Below are positions 50,540-58,579 of a stretch of DNA of 64,000 bases, in pieces. Each line of letters begins with the position of its first letter. Within the stretch, counting starts at the first letter, position 1. Source of the DNA: Candidatus Woesebacteria bacterium (GTDB lineage Bacteria; Patescibacteriota; Microgenomatia; UBA8517); the NCBI GenBank assembly GCA_016432365.1, contig CP066686.1, positions 273,771 to 337,770 of the forward strand, read 5' to 3'. Both the position numbers and the translations under genes were made by a program. A model generated the notes under the pieces. That model did no database searches. It was not told the origin of the DNA and saw only the letters and a list, made by a program, of their open reading frames with translations.

Positions 50540-51181
50540 TCAGATTCTGTTGTATTGGTGAAACCTTGGTGATTGTGGACAGTTTTTGGCCCCGCCCAGC
50601 CCACTGAATGTAGCTGGTTTATAGCCGGTAACTCTCTCCAAAGCCCCGATAAAATCTTTCACTTTGCCAATTATCTCTTCAAACGGAATGTCTTCTGGTT
50701 TATCGAATTGTCTAAAGTGGGGATTGGGCTCGTCACCTTTTTCGGAAAAAGAGATTTTAAACATGGTTTTCCTCCACCGTTCAATTGTGTCCTCCCGCTT
50801 TTGATAATTCCCCATTTTTTCGGCAAACTTATCGCTTATTGCCGCCTTTTCCCTTGAACTAACAGCTGTTTCAAGTTCCATTTCGAACTCTTTGATGTTT
50901 GGTTCTTCAATACTCTGTTCAACGAGCTGTACCTGATCAAGTAGTGCGACATGGACATCTTTACAAGAAGTCGTCGGATAATATGTTGCTGCTTCTAGGT
51001 AGTGGATTACTCCATCTGAATAATGCGTGTTTGTCATTTTCTCGCCGCAAAAAGTATTTGGATCTAAATCAATTCCTGCAAGCGACGCTCCAATTTGAAT
51101 AAGTTTTGTATGGGGACACCAAGGTTTTTCCCCGTGGCCTTCCGGGAAATTAACAGGAATAATCGGTTCAAACTCCAACAT
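50540..51181 (-). CDS. Hypothetical protein (Cys/His-rich N-terminal part)
   Basis: Antisense ORF between recA and recX; ATG 51181 lies 7 nt after a minus-strand TACAAT. Confidence 0.65.
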   Translation of the reverse strand: MLEFEPIIPVNFPEGHGEKPWCPHTKLIQIGASLAGIDLDPNTFCGEKMTNTHYSDGVIHYLEAATYYPTTSCKDVHVALLDQVQLVEQSIEEPNIKEFEMELETAVSSREKAAISDKFAEKMGNYQKREDTIERWRKTMFKISFSEKGDEPNPHFRQFDKPEDIPFEEIIGKVKDFIGALERVTGYKPATFSGLGGAKNCPQSPRFHQYNRI

Positions 51182-51219
51182 ACTGGCGATTGTAGTTTTT
51201 AGTGAATATAATGTCAAGC

Positions 51220-51852
51220 ATGCCGCAAATAACTTCTATCAAACAACAAAAAGCTAAAAATAGAGTCAATGTGTATTTGGACGACAAATTTGGGTTTGGA
51301 ATAGATCTCGATAATTTTGTGTTGCTTCACCTCAAAATTAATCAGGAACTGACGGATGAAGAAGTCGTGGAAATTGTTAAAAAAGCCGAATTTCAAAAGA
51401 CATTGGATAAGCTTCTCCGTTTTGCGACCCTCAGACCAAGAAGTGAAAAAGAAGTGAATGATTATTTTCGGCGTAAAAAAGTCCACGAGAGTATGTGGGA
51501 ACCACTTTTTGAAAAACTTAAACACTTTGAACTTATAGACGACCTTAAATTTGCCAAGTGGTGGGTAGATCAACGCCAAAATTTTAAACCCAAACCAACC
51601 AGAATTTTGAAGATCGAACTTACTCAAAAAGGCATAGTCAAAGAAATTATAGAAAATGTACTGGGGGAAACAAAAGTTGATGAAGAAAAAATGGCACGAG
51701 AACTTCTGACTCGAAAGGCGTACAAATGGAAAGGTTTAGAACCGCGTTTAACGCGGCAAAAAATGTCGCAGTATTTGGCAGGAAAAGGGTTTGGATGGGA
51801 TTTAATTGAGAAGATTGTAAAAATTGCAGTGGGTGACAAACATCTTTTGTGA
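51220..51852 (+). CDS. recX: Regulatory protein RecX
   Basis: ITSIKQQK..NRVNVYLD, RPRSEKEV, IDDLKFA, YLAGKGF; ATG 51220. Confidence 0.92.
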   Translation: MPQITSIKQQKAKNRVNVYLDDKFGFGIDLDNFVLLHLKINQELTDEEVVEIVKKAEFQKTLDKLLRFATLRPRSEKEVNDYFRRKKVHESMWEPLFEKLKHFELIDDLKFAKWWVDQRQNFKPKPTRILKIELTQKGIVKEIIENVLGETKVDEEKMARELLTRKAYKWKGLEPRLTRQKMSQYLAGKGFGWDLIEKIVKIAVGDKHLL

Positions 51853-51885
51853 CGTTGTCACCCACTTTGTTGCTAAATTTTTTCG

Positions 51886-52215
51886 TTAAACCAGCTCAGG
51901 TTTGAAATAGTCGTCGGTGTGTGGAAAAGTGTATCCTGCCCACTCATCGGACGCTGTTTCCAAGGATGCCGAAAATGGCAACCAACCAACTCTTGTGTCG
52001 CCCATCACGATATCCATAACTCTGGACGTTCCCGGGTTGTTGTTTAACCAAAAGGTCAGCCTCATTTCTACCAAAGCCCCTGCCTCGTGGTGTTTTGGAT
52101 CGACCTTTCGCAAGAACCTCATTGGGTCCTCGATGCCTCTTGAAAGAAGCACCCGTACGAAAGCAGCCTGGGCAGCACCAACACTTGCGGTAATCTCTAT
52201 CGCTATCGCTGACAT
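51886..52215 (-). CDS. Hypothetical protein
   Basis: 109 aa, GAGGAG SD, minus-strand TTGACT...TATACT promoter around 52306-52334. Confidence 0.65.
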   Translation of the reverse strand: MSAIAIEITASVGAAQAAFVRVLLSRGIEDPMRFLRKVDPKHHEAGALVEMRLTFWLNNNPGTSRVMDIVMGDTRVGWLPFSASLETASDEWAGYTFPHTDDYFKPELV

Positions 52216-52385
52216 TGTAAAACTCCTCTTCCCGTCTCGGGAAATTGTGAGACTCGTCTCGAGTCTAGGGTGTGCGAGTGGCGTCGATTTCAGCCAAACT
52301 TAGGCAGTATAGCACAATCAGCCTCAAAAGTCAATAATTATGGGGTACGATTGAAACCATATTTTGGATATGTTATATTGGCGTT

Positions 52386-52775
52386 ATGGAACAAACGAAC
52401 AGCTTTAGGTGGTATTATTCAATCGTTGAACAGGCTCACGATCGAATTCAAGATCCAGATTTTGACTATATTGATTTTGCCAGGCAGAATATGGACGAAT
52501 TTAGAAGAGACAATACAACACCGGACAAGCGTCAAGAAATTGCAGTTCAAGTTTCAGAGACATTAAGTCAGAAAATGAATCAGGTAGATACAATGGATAC
52601 ATTGTATAAGTATCTTGATTTCAAAAAAGTTTTAGGTGCCGCCGATCCAACGCTGAAATCGTTTATGAGAACATGTTTACGTATGGGTGATTTTGTTGCT
52701 GCTGATATTTTAACCCCAAAGGAGAACTTGGAGGCTTCTATTTCTGGTGCTCAGTTAATGTCTCTTCTGGCTTAG
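52386..52775 (+). CDS. Hypothetical protein
   Basis: 129 aa, TGnTATATT -10 box just before ATG. Confidence 0.65.
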   Translation: MEQTNSFRWYYSIVEQAHDRIQDPDFDYIDFARQNMDEFRRDNTTPDKRQEIAVQVSETLSQKMNQVDTMDTLYKYLDFKKVLGAADPTLKSFMRTCLRMGDFVAADILTPKENLEASISGAQLMSLLA

Positions 52776-52938
52776 AGCAAAAGTTGTGCACTTGTTATTA
52801 ATCTGCTAAAATACTCCCTAGAGTCAAAGAAAATGGTACAAAGAGCCTCACAAATAGCTTCTTTCGCCACTCAGGCCATCTGAGATTTCTTTCTTTGCTC
52901 TACTAGTGCCTAATGCCTAGTTTCTAATTACTAATTTT

Positions 52939-54102
52939 ATGACCGCGCAAGACGATTACAAAGATAAACTGGCCAAGGTTGCCAAGATGACAGTTGATGA
53001 GGCTAAAAAGGCCCTTTTGGATGAAGTTCAAAAGGAGCTCACCGGGGAGATTGCCAAAAAAATCAGGGCTGCCGAAGAAAAGATCAAAGAGGAAGCCCAC
53101 GAAAAATCTCTCGAAATTCTCCTGGATGCCATGAAGCAAGGCGCTACCGGTTACGTTGCCGAATATACGGTTTCTTCAGTTACCGTGCCTAACGAAGACG
53201 CCAAAGGCCGAATTATCGGCGCGGGAGGACGTAACATCCGTACTTTTGAAAAAGAGGCGGGGGTTGAAATCGAAATCGACGAAACAAACGATATCAGGCT
53301 TTCTTCGTTTGATGCTGTTCGTCGCGAAATTGCCAGGCGTGCTCTTGAAATCCTTATCAAAGACGCCAGAATTCAGCCTTCCAGGATTGAAGAAGTTGTC
53401 CGCCAGGTGAAAGCCAGCATGGAAGAAGTCCTTTTAGAGGAAGGAAAGAAAATTACTCACGAATGCGGAGTCTACAACTTGCCGGTAGAATTAATGAGAC
53501 TTATCGGCCGTTTCAGATTTAGGACCTCTTATGGACAAAACTTAGGAATCCACACCATAGAAGAAACAAAAATGGGAATCGCGATTGCCCAGGAGGTTGG
53601 AGCAAATGCAGATGTGGTGCGGCTCGGATGCTTATTGCACGATGTTGGTAAAATCGTAACCGATGAAGAGGGGAATCATATTGAGCTTGGTGTCAATCTT
53701 CTTAAAAAATATGGACTACCCAAAGAAGTTGTTGCTTGTGTAGCAGAACACCATGAGGATAGGCCTTTTTCATCCAACGAATCCGTAATTGTTTGGATGG
53801 CTGATGCAATTTCCGGTTCACGCCCCGGGGCCAGATACGAACCACACGAAGGATATGTTAAAAGAATGACCAAAATTGAAGAAGTTTCAAAAGGTTTCCC
53901 CGGAGTGGACCAGGTATTTGCATTCCAGGCAGGACGTGATGTCCGCGTGATAGTCAATCCCGACGAAGTAGATGATGACAAACTTACGGTTTTGGCTCAT
54001 GACATAGCAAGGAAACTTGAAAAAGAAGCAGAATATGCAGGACAAATTAAAGTCTCCGTTATTCGCGAAGTTCGCGCCACAGAAACAACTTCAGCTAAAT
54101 AG
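52939..54102 (+). CDS. rny: Ribonuclease Y lacking the N-terminal membrane anchor
   Basis: KH motif KGRIIG.GGRNIR, RTSYGQN, HD motif LLHDVGK, ADAISGSRPGAR. Confidence 0.95.
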   Translation: MTAQDDYKDKLAKVAKMTVDEAKKALLDEVQKELTGEIAKKIRAAEEKIKEEAHEKSLEILLDAMKQGATGYVAEYTVSSVTVPNEDAKGRIIGAGGRNIRTFEKEAGVEIEIDETNDIRLSSFDAVRREIARRALEILIKDARIQPSRIEEVVRQVKASMEEVLLEEGKKITHECGVYNLPVELMRLIGRFRFRTSYGQNLGIHTIEETKMGIAIAQEVGANADVVRLGCLLHDVGKIVTDEEGNHIELGVNLLKKYGLPKEVVACVAEHHEDRPFSSNESVIVWMADAISGSRPGARYEPHEGYVKRMTKIEEVSKGFPGVDQVFAFQAGRDVRVIVNPDEVDDDKLTVLAHDIARKLEKEAEYAGQIKVSVIREVRATETTSAK

Positions 54103-54188
54103 TTTTGAAGTTGACAGTCTTCGATGATTTTTGCATAATCTAATCCCAGGGGAGTATTAATGTTTAACCTGGAATTACACAACAATTT

Positions 54189-54215
54189 AAAACGACCGAC
54201 CCGGTCGTTTTTTTT
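54189..54215 (+). terminator. Terminator-like hairpin in the leader of the 54246 ORF
   Basis: AAAACGACCG-ACC-CGGTCGTTTT followed by a T run. Confidence 0.75.
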
Positions 54216-54245
54216 GCGGCTAAAGAAAGGAAGGAGGTGATTTAG

Positions 54246-54446
54246 ATGGCAGAAAGGTTTGTGCTTAACAAAGAAGGGGAGTTGTTGGCGACCATCGAAG
54301 AAGACGAAAATTCAAAAACAACAACCGTGATGGATTGGAGGGGAAAAGAAGCATTTAAAATAGAAGAAAGAAAAGATATTCACGGAAAAACCTTTACAAA
54401 GGCGGTAGATCCCTTGAGTGGTTACGGTAACGAAAGTTACGAATAA
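54246..54446 (+). CDS. Small hypothetical protein
   Basis: 66 aa with a perfect AGGAGGT SD. Confidence 0.7.
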   Translation: MAERFVLNKEGELLATIEEDENSKTTTVMDWRGKEAFKIEERKDIHGKTFTKAVDPLSGYGNESYE

Positions 54447-54469
54447 TCATTTTACTTGACCCCAGTCAC

Positions 54470-54528
54470 AATTTCGCATTCGCCTTTTTAATTCTATTCG
54501 AATACGGCTTATGCCAAATTATAACGGG
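54470..54528. repeat. Dispersed 59-bp structured repeat, copy 2
   Basis: 48/59 identical to 13797-13855; flanked by ACTTGAC direct repeats. Confidence 0.85.
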
Positions 54529-54581
54529 GCACGGCAATTCACTTGACAATAATTGATATTTGCCGTATTCTTGACACGAAT

Positions 54582-54857
54582 ATGACAAAAGGTGACTTGA
54601 TTGATCAAGTGGCAAGAAAAGCACATCTTACAAAAAAAGCTGCAGAAGAAGCTGTTGAGGTTTTTCTTAATGAAATCGGACGCATTTTATCTAAAGGCGA
54701 GAAAGTTGTTCTTTCCGGATTTGGAACTTTCAGAGTAATTTCGATGAAAGGTAAAACCGTTAAGATTCCAAAAACAGAAAAAATGGTTACAATTAAATCT
54801 CACAGATCTCCCCGTTTTACTCCAGGAAAGAAACTCAAACGCCAAGTGGCGAGGTAA
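54582..54857 (+). CDS. hup: DNA-binding protein HU
   Basis: MTKGDLIDQVA, GEKVVLSGFGTF, PRFTPGKKLK; promoter TTGACA-N17-TATTCT at 54543-54571. Confidence 0.95.
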   Translation: MTKGDLIDQVARKAHLTKKAAEEAVEVFLNEIGRILSKGEKVVLSGFGTFRVISMKGKTVKIPKTEKMVTIKSHRSPRFTPGKKLKRQVAR

Positions 54858-54976
54858 ATTCGAAATACGAAGCTTCAAACGCGAAACAATATTTGAATTC
54901 TAAATCCGAATGTTTAAAACATTAGAATTTATGATTTTGAATTTGTTTAGAATTTCGCGCTTCGAATTTCGGATTT
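54856..54976. repeat. Inverted AAATCCG-family heptamer array
   Basis: aaattcg aaatacg aagcttc aaacgcg aaacaa ... ttgttt agaattt cgcgctt cgaattt cggattt. Confidence 0.85.
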
Positions 54977-55003
54977 GGAAAGTATACGTAGTATACTTGA
55001 CGT

Positions 55004-55993
55004 ATGGACCGAGCGATTATTGTAGACCACCTCGTAAAAAATTTTGAAGTTGTTCAAAAGGACCCGGGTTTGACGGGAGCTGTAAAGTCTCTTTTTTCCC
55101 CGAAGAAAAAACAAGTGCATGCTCTGCGGGGAGTTTCTTTTTCTATTCAAACAGGTGAACTTGTTGGGTTTATTGGACCAAATGGTGCAGGTAAAACCAC
55201 AACTCTGAAAACTTTATCCGGACTTCTGTATCCGACCAGTGGTTTTGTCAGCGTAATGGAACATGATCCTTGGGAGAGGAAACCTGAATTTTTAAAACAG
55301 ATTGCACTAGTCATGGGTCAAAAGAATCAACTTTGGTGGGACCTTCCGGCTATTGAGACTTTTGAATTAAACCGCGCAATTTATGAACTAAGTACCAGGG
55401 AATATGAAGAAAACCTCAAGGAGCTGGTTGAACTTTTGGAAATTGGAAAACTTATTAATACTCCTGTCAGAAAACTTTCGTTGGGACAACGTATGCGGAT
55501 GGAGCTTACTGCGGCGCTTCTTCATAAACCAAAGGTTTTATTTTTGGATGAACCGACGATTGGCTTGGATCTTGTCGCTCAGCAAAAAATGCGCGATTTC
55601 ATCTATGAATACAATAGAAAAAATCAGGCCACAATAATTTTAACTTCGCACAACATGGACGATTTGGTTGACCTCGCAAGGCGGGTAATTGTTGTTGACG
55701 AAGGAAAAGTTTTGTTTGATGGAGCGTTTGAAGAACTAGTTGAAAAGTTTGCCAAGGAAAAAATTATTAAGGCGACTCTAGCAAAAGATGACGGAATTGC
55801 AGACCTTGAAAAAATCGGAAAGGTAAGAAAACTCACTTTTCCGCAAGTGGTTATTGAAGTACCTAGGAATGCTATTGCAGTTGCGGCTGCCGAGCTTTTA
55901 CAAAATTTTCCGGTTGATGATTTGACGATAGAGGAAATTCCGATAGAGGATGTGATTCGCAAAGTTTTTAGAGACGGTATTTCCGGAAAATGA
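55004..55993 (+). CDS. ABC transporter ATP-binding protein
   Basis: GPNGAGKTT, LSLGQRMR, LFLDEPTIGLD, TSH. Confidence 0.95.
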   Translation: MDRAIIVDHLVKNFEVVQKDPGLTGAVKSLFSPKKKQVHALRGVSFSIQTGELVGFIGPNGAGKTTTLKTLSGLLYPTSGFVSVMEHDPWERKPEFLKQIALVMGQKNQLWWDLPAIETFELNRAIYELSTREYEENLKELVELLEIGKLINTPVRKLSLGQRMRMELTAALLHKPKVLFLDEPTIGLDLVAQQKMRDFIYEYNRKNQATIILTSHNMDDLVDLARRVIVVDEGKVLFDGAFEELVEKFAKEKIIKATLAKDDGIADLEKIGKVRKLTFPQVVIEVPRNAIAVAAAELLQNFPVDDLTIEEIPIEDVIRKVFRDGISGK

Positions 55994-56793
55994 ATAAATA
56001 TTTTCAGATCTTCAAAATTTCCTTTCAGGAAGAATTTGCTTATAAAATCAACTTCGTGATGTGGAGGGTACGAAATGTTTTTCAGATAATTGTCACATAT
56101 TATCTTTGGGATACTATTTTTTCCTCTCCGGGGAGACAGGTTTTTGGTTATGACAGGGCAAAAATCATGACATATATTTTTGCTCTGATGATAGTTCGTT
56201 CAATAGTTCTCTCTGCACGGGCGGTAGACGTTTCAAGCGACGTTGCCGAAGGGAACCTTTCGAATTATCTTATTCGTCCGATGAGTTATTTTAAATATTG
56301 GTTTACCCGGGACGTTGCCAGCAAGGTTTTGAATTTGTTTTTTGCCGCCGGTGAGTTTATGATTCTTTTTATAATTTTAAGACCTCCGTTCTTTTTTCAA
56401 ACAAATATTTATGTTTTTCTGTCATTCCTAATCGCAATAGTTCTAGCGGTACTGATATATTTTTCACTACTTTTTATAATTTCAGCTGTCCCTTTTTGGG
56501 CGCCCGAGCTCGGATGGGGGTCTCAATTTTTAGTAATTATTGTAATGCTGGAATTTTTATCAGGGGCTGTATTTCCGATAGATATTTTACCCGGCATTTA
56601 CCAAAAAATTATAATGTCCCTGCCGTTTCCTTATATGATATTTTTTCCTGTCCAGGTTTACTTGGGTAAAATCACGGGGATGCCACTAATACAGGGATTT
56701 GTGATATCGACAGCTTGGGCAGTGGCACTCTATTTGGCTATGCGATATGTTTGGGGCAAAGGCCTAAAGGAGTATCAGGCATTCGGAAGGTAA
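55990..56793 (+). CDS. ABC-2 family permease (DUF990-like)
   Basis: About 6 TMs, G.LSNYLIRP, FLSGAVFPID. Confidence 0.88.
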   Translation: MNKYFQIFKISFQEEFAYKINFVMWRVRNVFQIIVTYYLWDTIFSSPGRQVFGYDRAKIMTYIFALMIVRSIVLSARAVDVSSDVAEGNLSNYLIRPMSYFKYWFTRDVASKVLNLFFAAGEFMILFIILRPPFFFQTNIYVFLSFLIAIVLAVLIYFSLLFIISAVPFWAPELGWGSQFLVIIVMLEFLSGAVFPIDILPGIYQKIIMSLPFPYMIFFPVQVYLGKITGMPLIQGFVISTAWAVALYLAMRYVWGKGLKEYQAFGR

Positions 56794-56815
56794 TTATGGT
56801 GAGCGGAGTCGAACC

Positions 56816-57604
56816 ATGAAAAAATTACGATATTATTTTAAAATTTGGTGGTTACTAACCAGAAATTCATTTTCTATTGTATTGGGGCAAAGAGTTGCTC
56901 TATTGTTTTTTTTGACAGGTAAAGTACTTAGATTTTCTTTGTTTATTGGCTTTCTGTATTTTTTAATACAAGGGACAAGCGGTCTTGCCGGGTATTCAGG
57001 TAATCAAGCAGTTTTCTTCTTTCTTGTTTTCAATTTGGTAGACGTAATATCCCAGTTTTTCTTTAGGGAGGTTTACCGTTTTAGGCCGAAAATTATTTCC
57101 GGTGATTTTGATCTAACTTTGGTTAAACCAACAAATACATTATTTGTTTCGCTTTTGGGCGGAGCAGATGTGATAGATTTTTTTACGATTCCTCCACTTA
57201 TTGTCGCCGTTTTTTATGTTGGTTCCCAGTTTCACCCCTCCGTACTAAGTATTTTGTACTTTGTGCTGCTTATTGTGAATGGTTTTCTAATTGCGGCGGC
57301 TTTCCATATAACCGTCCTCGCTTTGGGAATAATTACACTTGAAATCGATCATACAATAATGATTTATCGGGACCTGACTTCCTTCGGACGATTTCCGGTA
57401 GATATTTATAAACAGCCGATTCAAGGACTTTTAACATATTTAATTCCGGTCGGAATTATGATAACCTTTCCGGCAAAAGCGTTGATGGGACTTATTAGTG
57501 GAAGTGGAGTCTTGATATCTATGTCTATCGGAATTTTGGCTTTACTTATTTCGTTCAGATTTTGGAATTTTGCCTTGAAAAAATACGCCAGCGCGAGTAG
57601 CTAA
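56816..57604 (+). CDS. ABC-2 family permease (DUF990-like)
   Basis: About 6 TMs, SGDFDLTLVKP, GRFPVDIY, C-terminal YASASS. Confidence 0.88.
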   Translation: MKKLRYYFKIWWLLTRNSFSIVLGQRVALLFFLTGKVLRFSLFIGFLYFLIQGTSGLAGYSGNQAVFFFLVFNLVDVISQFFFREVYRFRPKIISGDFDLTLVKPTNTLFVSLLGGADVIDFFTIPPLIVAVFYVGSQFHPSVLSILYFVLLIVNGFLIAAAFHITVLALGIITLEIDHTIMIYRDLTSFGRFPVDIYKQPIQGLLTYLIPVGIMITFPAKALMGLISGSGVLISMSIGILALLISFRFWNFALKKYASASS

Positions 57605-57609
57605 CAAAT

Positions 57610-58578
57610 ATGAAGAAACTTCTAGTAATTTGCGGTCCAACCTCCACTGGCAAAACTTCACTGGCTATCAAAATTGCCAATAAGTTGAATGGGGAAATTG
57701 TTTCTGCTGATTCACGTCAAGTTTACAAGATGATGAATATAGGAACGGGTAAAGATTTGCCCGTTAATTCAAAATTAATAATTAATAATTTAAAATTGGG
57801 CGGCTTCTATAAAATAGAAGACGTTCCTGTATGGGGATATGACCTTGCAGACCCAAAGGGGGAGTTCAGTGTTGCCCAATATCTCAAAATTGCACATCGT
57901 ATTATTGATGATATTTCCATAAGAGGTAAACTTCCGATATTGGTCGGTGGAACCGGCCTTTATATAAAAGGAGTCATCGACGGAATTGGTACGGCGTCTG
58001 TGCCAAAGAATAATAAACTTCGAAAGAACTTGGAAGGGAAAACCGCGGATGAACTTTACGAAAATCTTTCTCAACTAGATTCTCTTAAAGCGGGTTCGTT
58101 AAACTCTTCCGATAAAAGAAACCCTAGACGTTTAATACGAGCTATCGAAATCGCGCAATACCAACTAACAAAAAAAACCCCACCTTCCGCCCATCACACG
58201 ATCGGAAATAATTTTGATGTTATGTATGTCGGTTTGACTGCTCCCAAGGAATTTGTAGATAGAAAAATAGTGAAGAGGGTAATAGATAGGGTAGACAAGG
58301 GGATAAAAACGGAGATCGAGAATTTGTTAAAGAACGGTGTCAGTTGGGATGATCAGGCTATGATGGCCATGGGATATGGGTTGTGGCGGGACTATTTTGA
58401 AGGAGATGTGTCTGAAGACACCATACTTACAGAGTGGGCCAGGGACGAGGTGCAGTATGCCAAACGGCAGATGGTTTGGTTCAAAAAAGACGATAGAATA
58501 AAATGGTTCGATATAACTGATCCCGAATATCCAAATAATGTGGAAAATTTGATCCAAAAATGGTATAATCAGGCATAA
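57610..58578 (+). CDS. miaA: tRNA dimethylallyltransferase
   Basis: GPTSTGKT, SADSRQVY..MNIGTGK, VGGTGLY, YAKRQMVWF. Confidence 0.96.
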   Translation: MKKLLVICGPTSTGKTSLAIKIANKLNGEIVSADSRQVYKMMNIGTGKDLPVNSKLIINNLKLGGFYKIEDVPVWGYDLADPKGEFSVAQYLKIAHRIIDDISIRGKLPILVGGTGLYIKGVIDGIGTASVPKNNKLRKNLEGKTADELYENLSQLDSLKAGSLNSSDKRNPRRLIRAIEIAQYQLTKKTPPSAHHTIGNNFDVMYVGLTAPKEFVDRKIVKRVIDRVDKGIKTEIENLLKNGVSWDDQAMMAMGYGLWRDYFEGDVSEDTILTEWARDEVQYAKRQMVWFKKDDRIKWFDITDPEYPNNVENLIQKWYNQA

Positions 58579-58579
58579 T

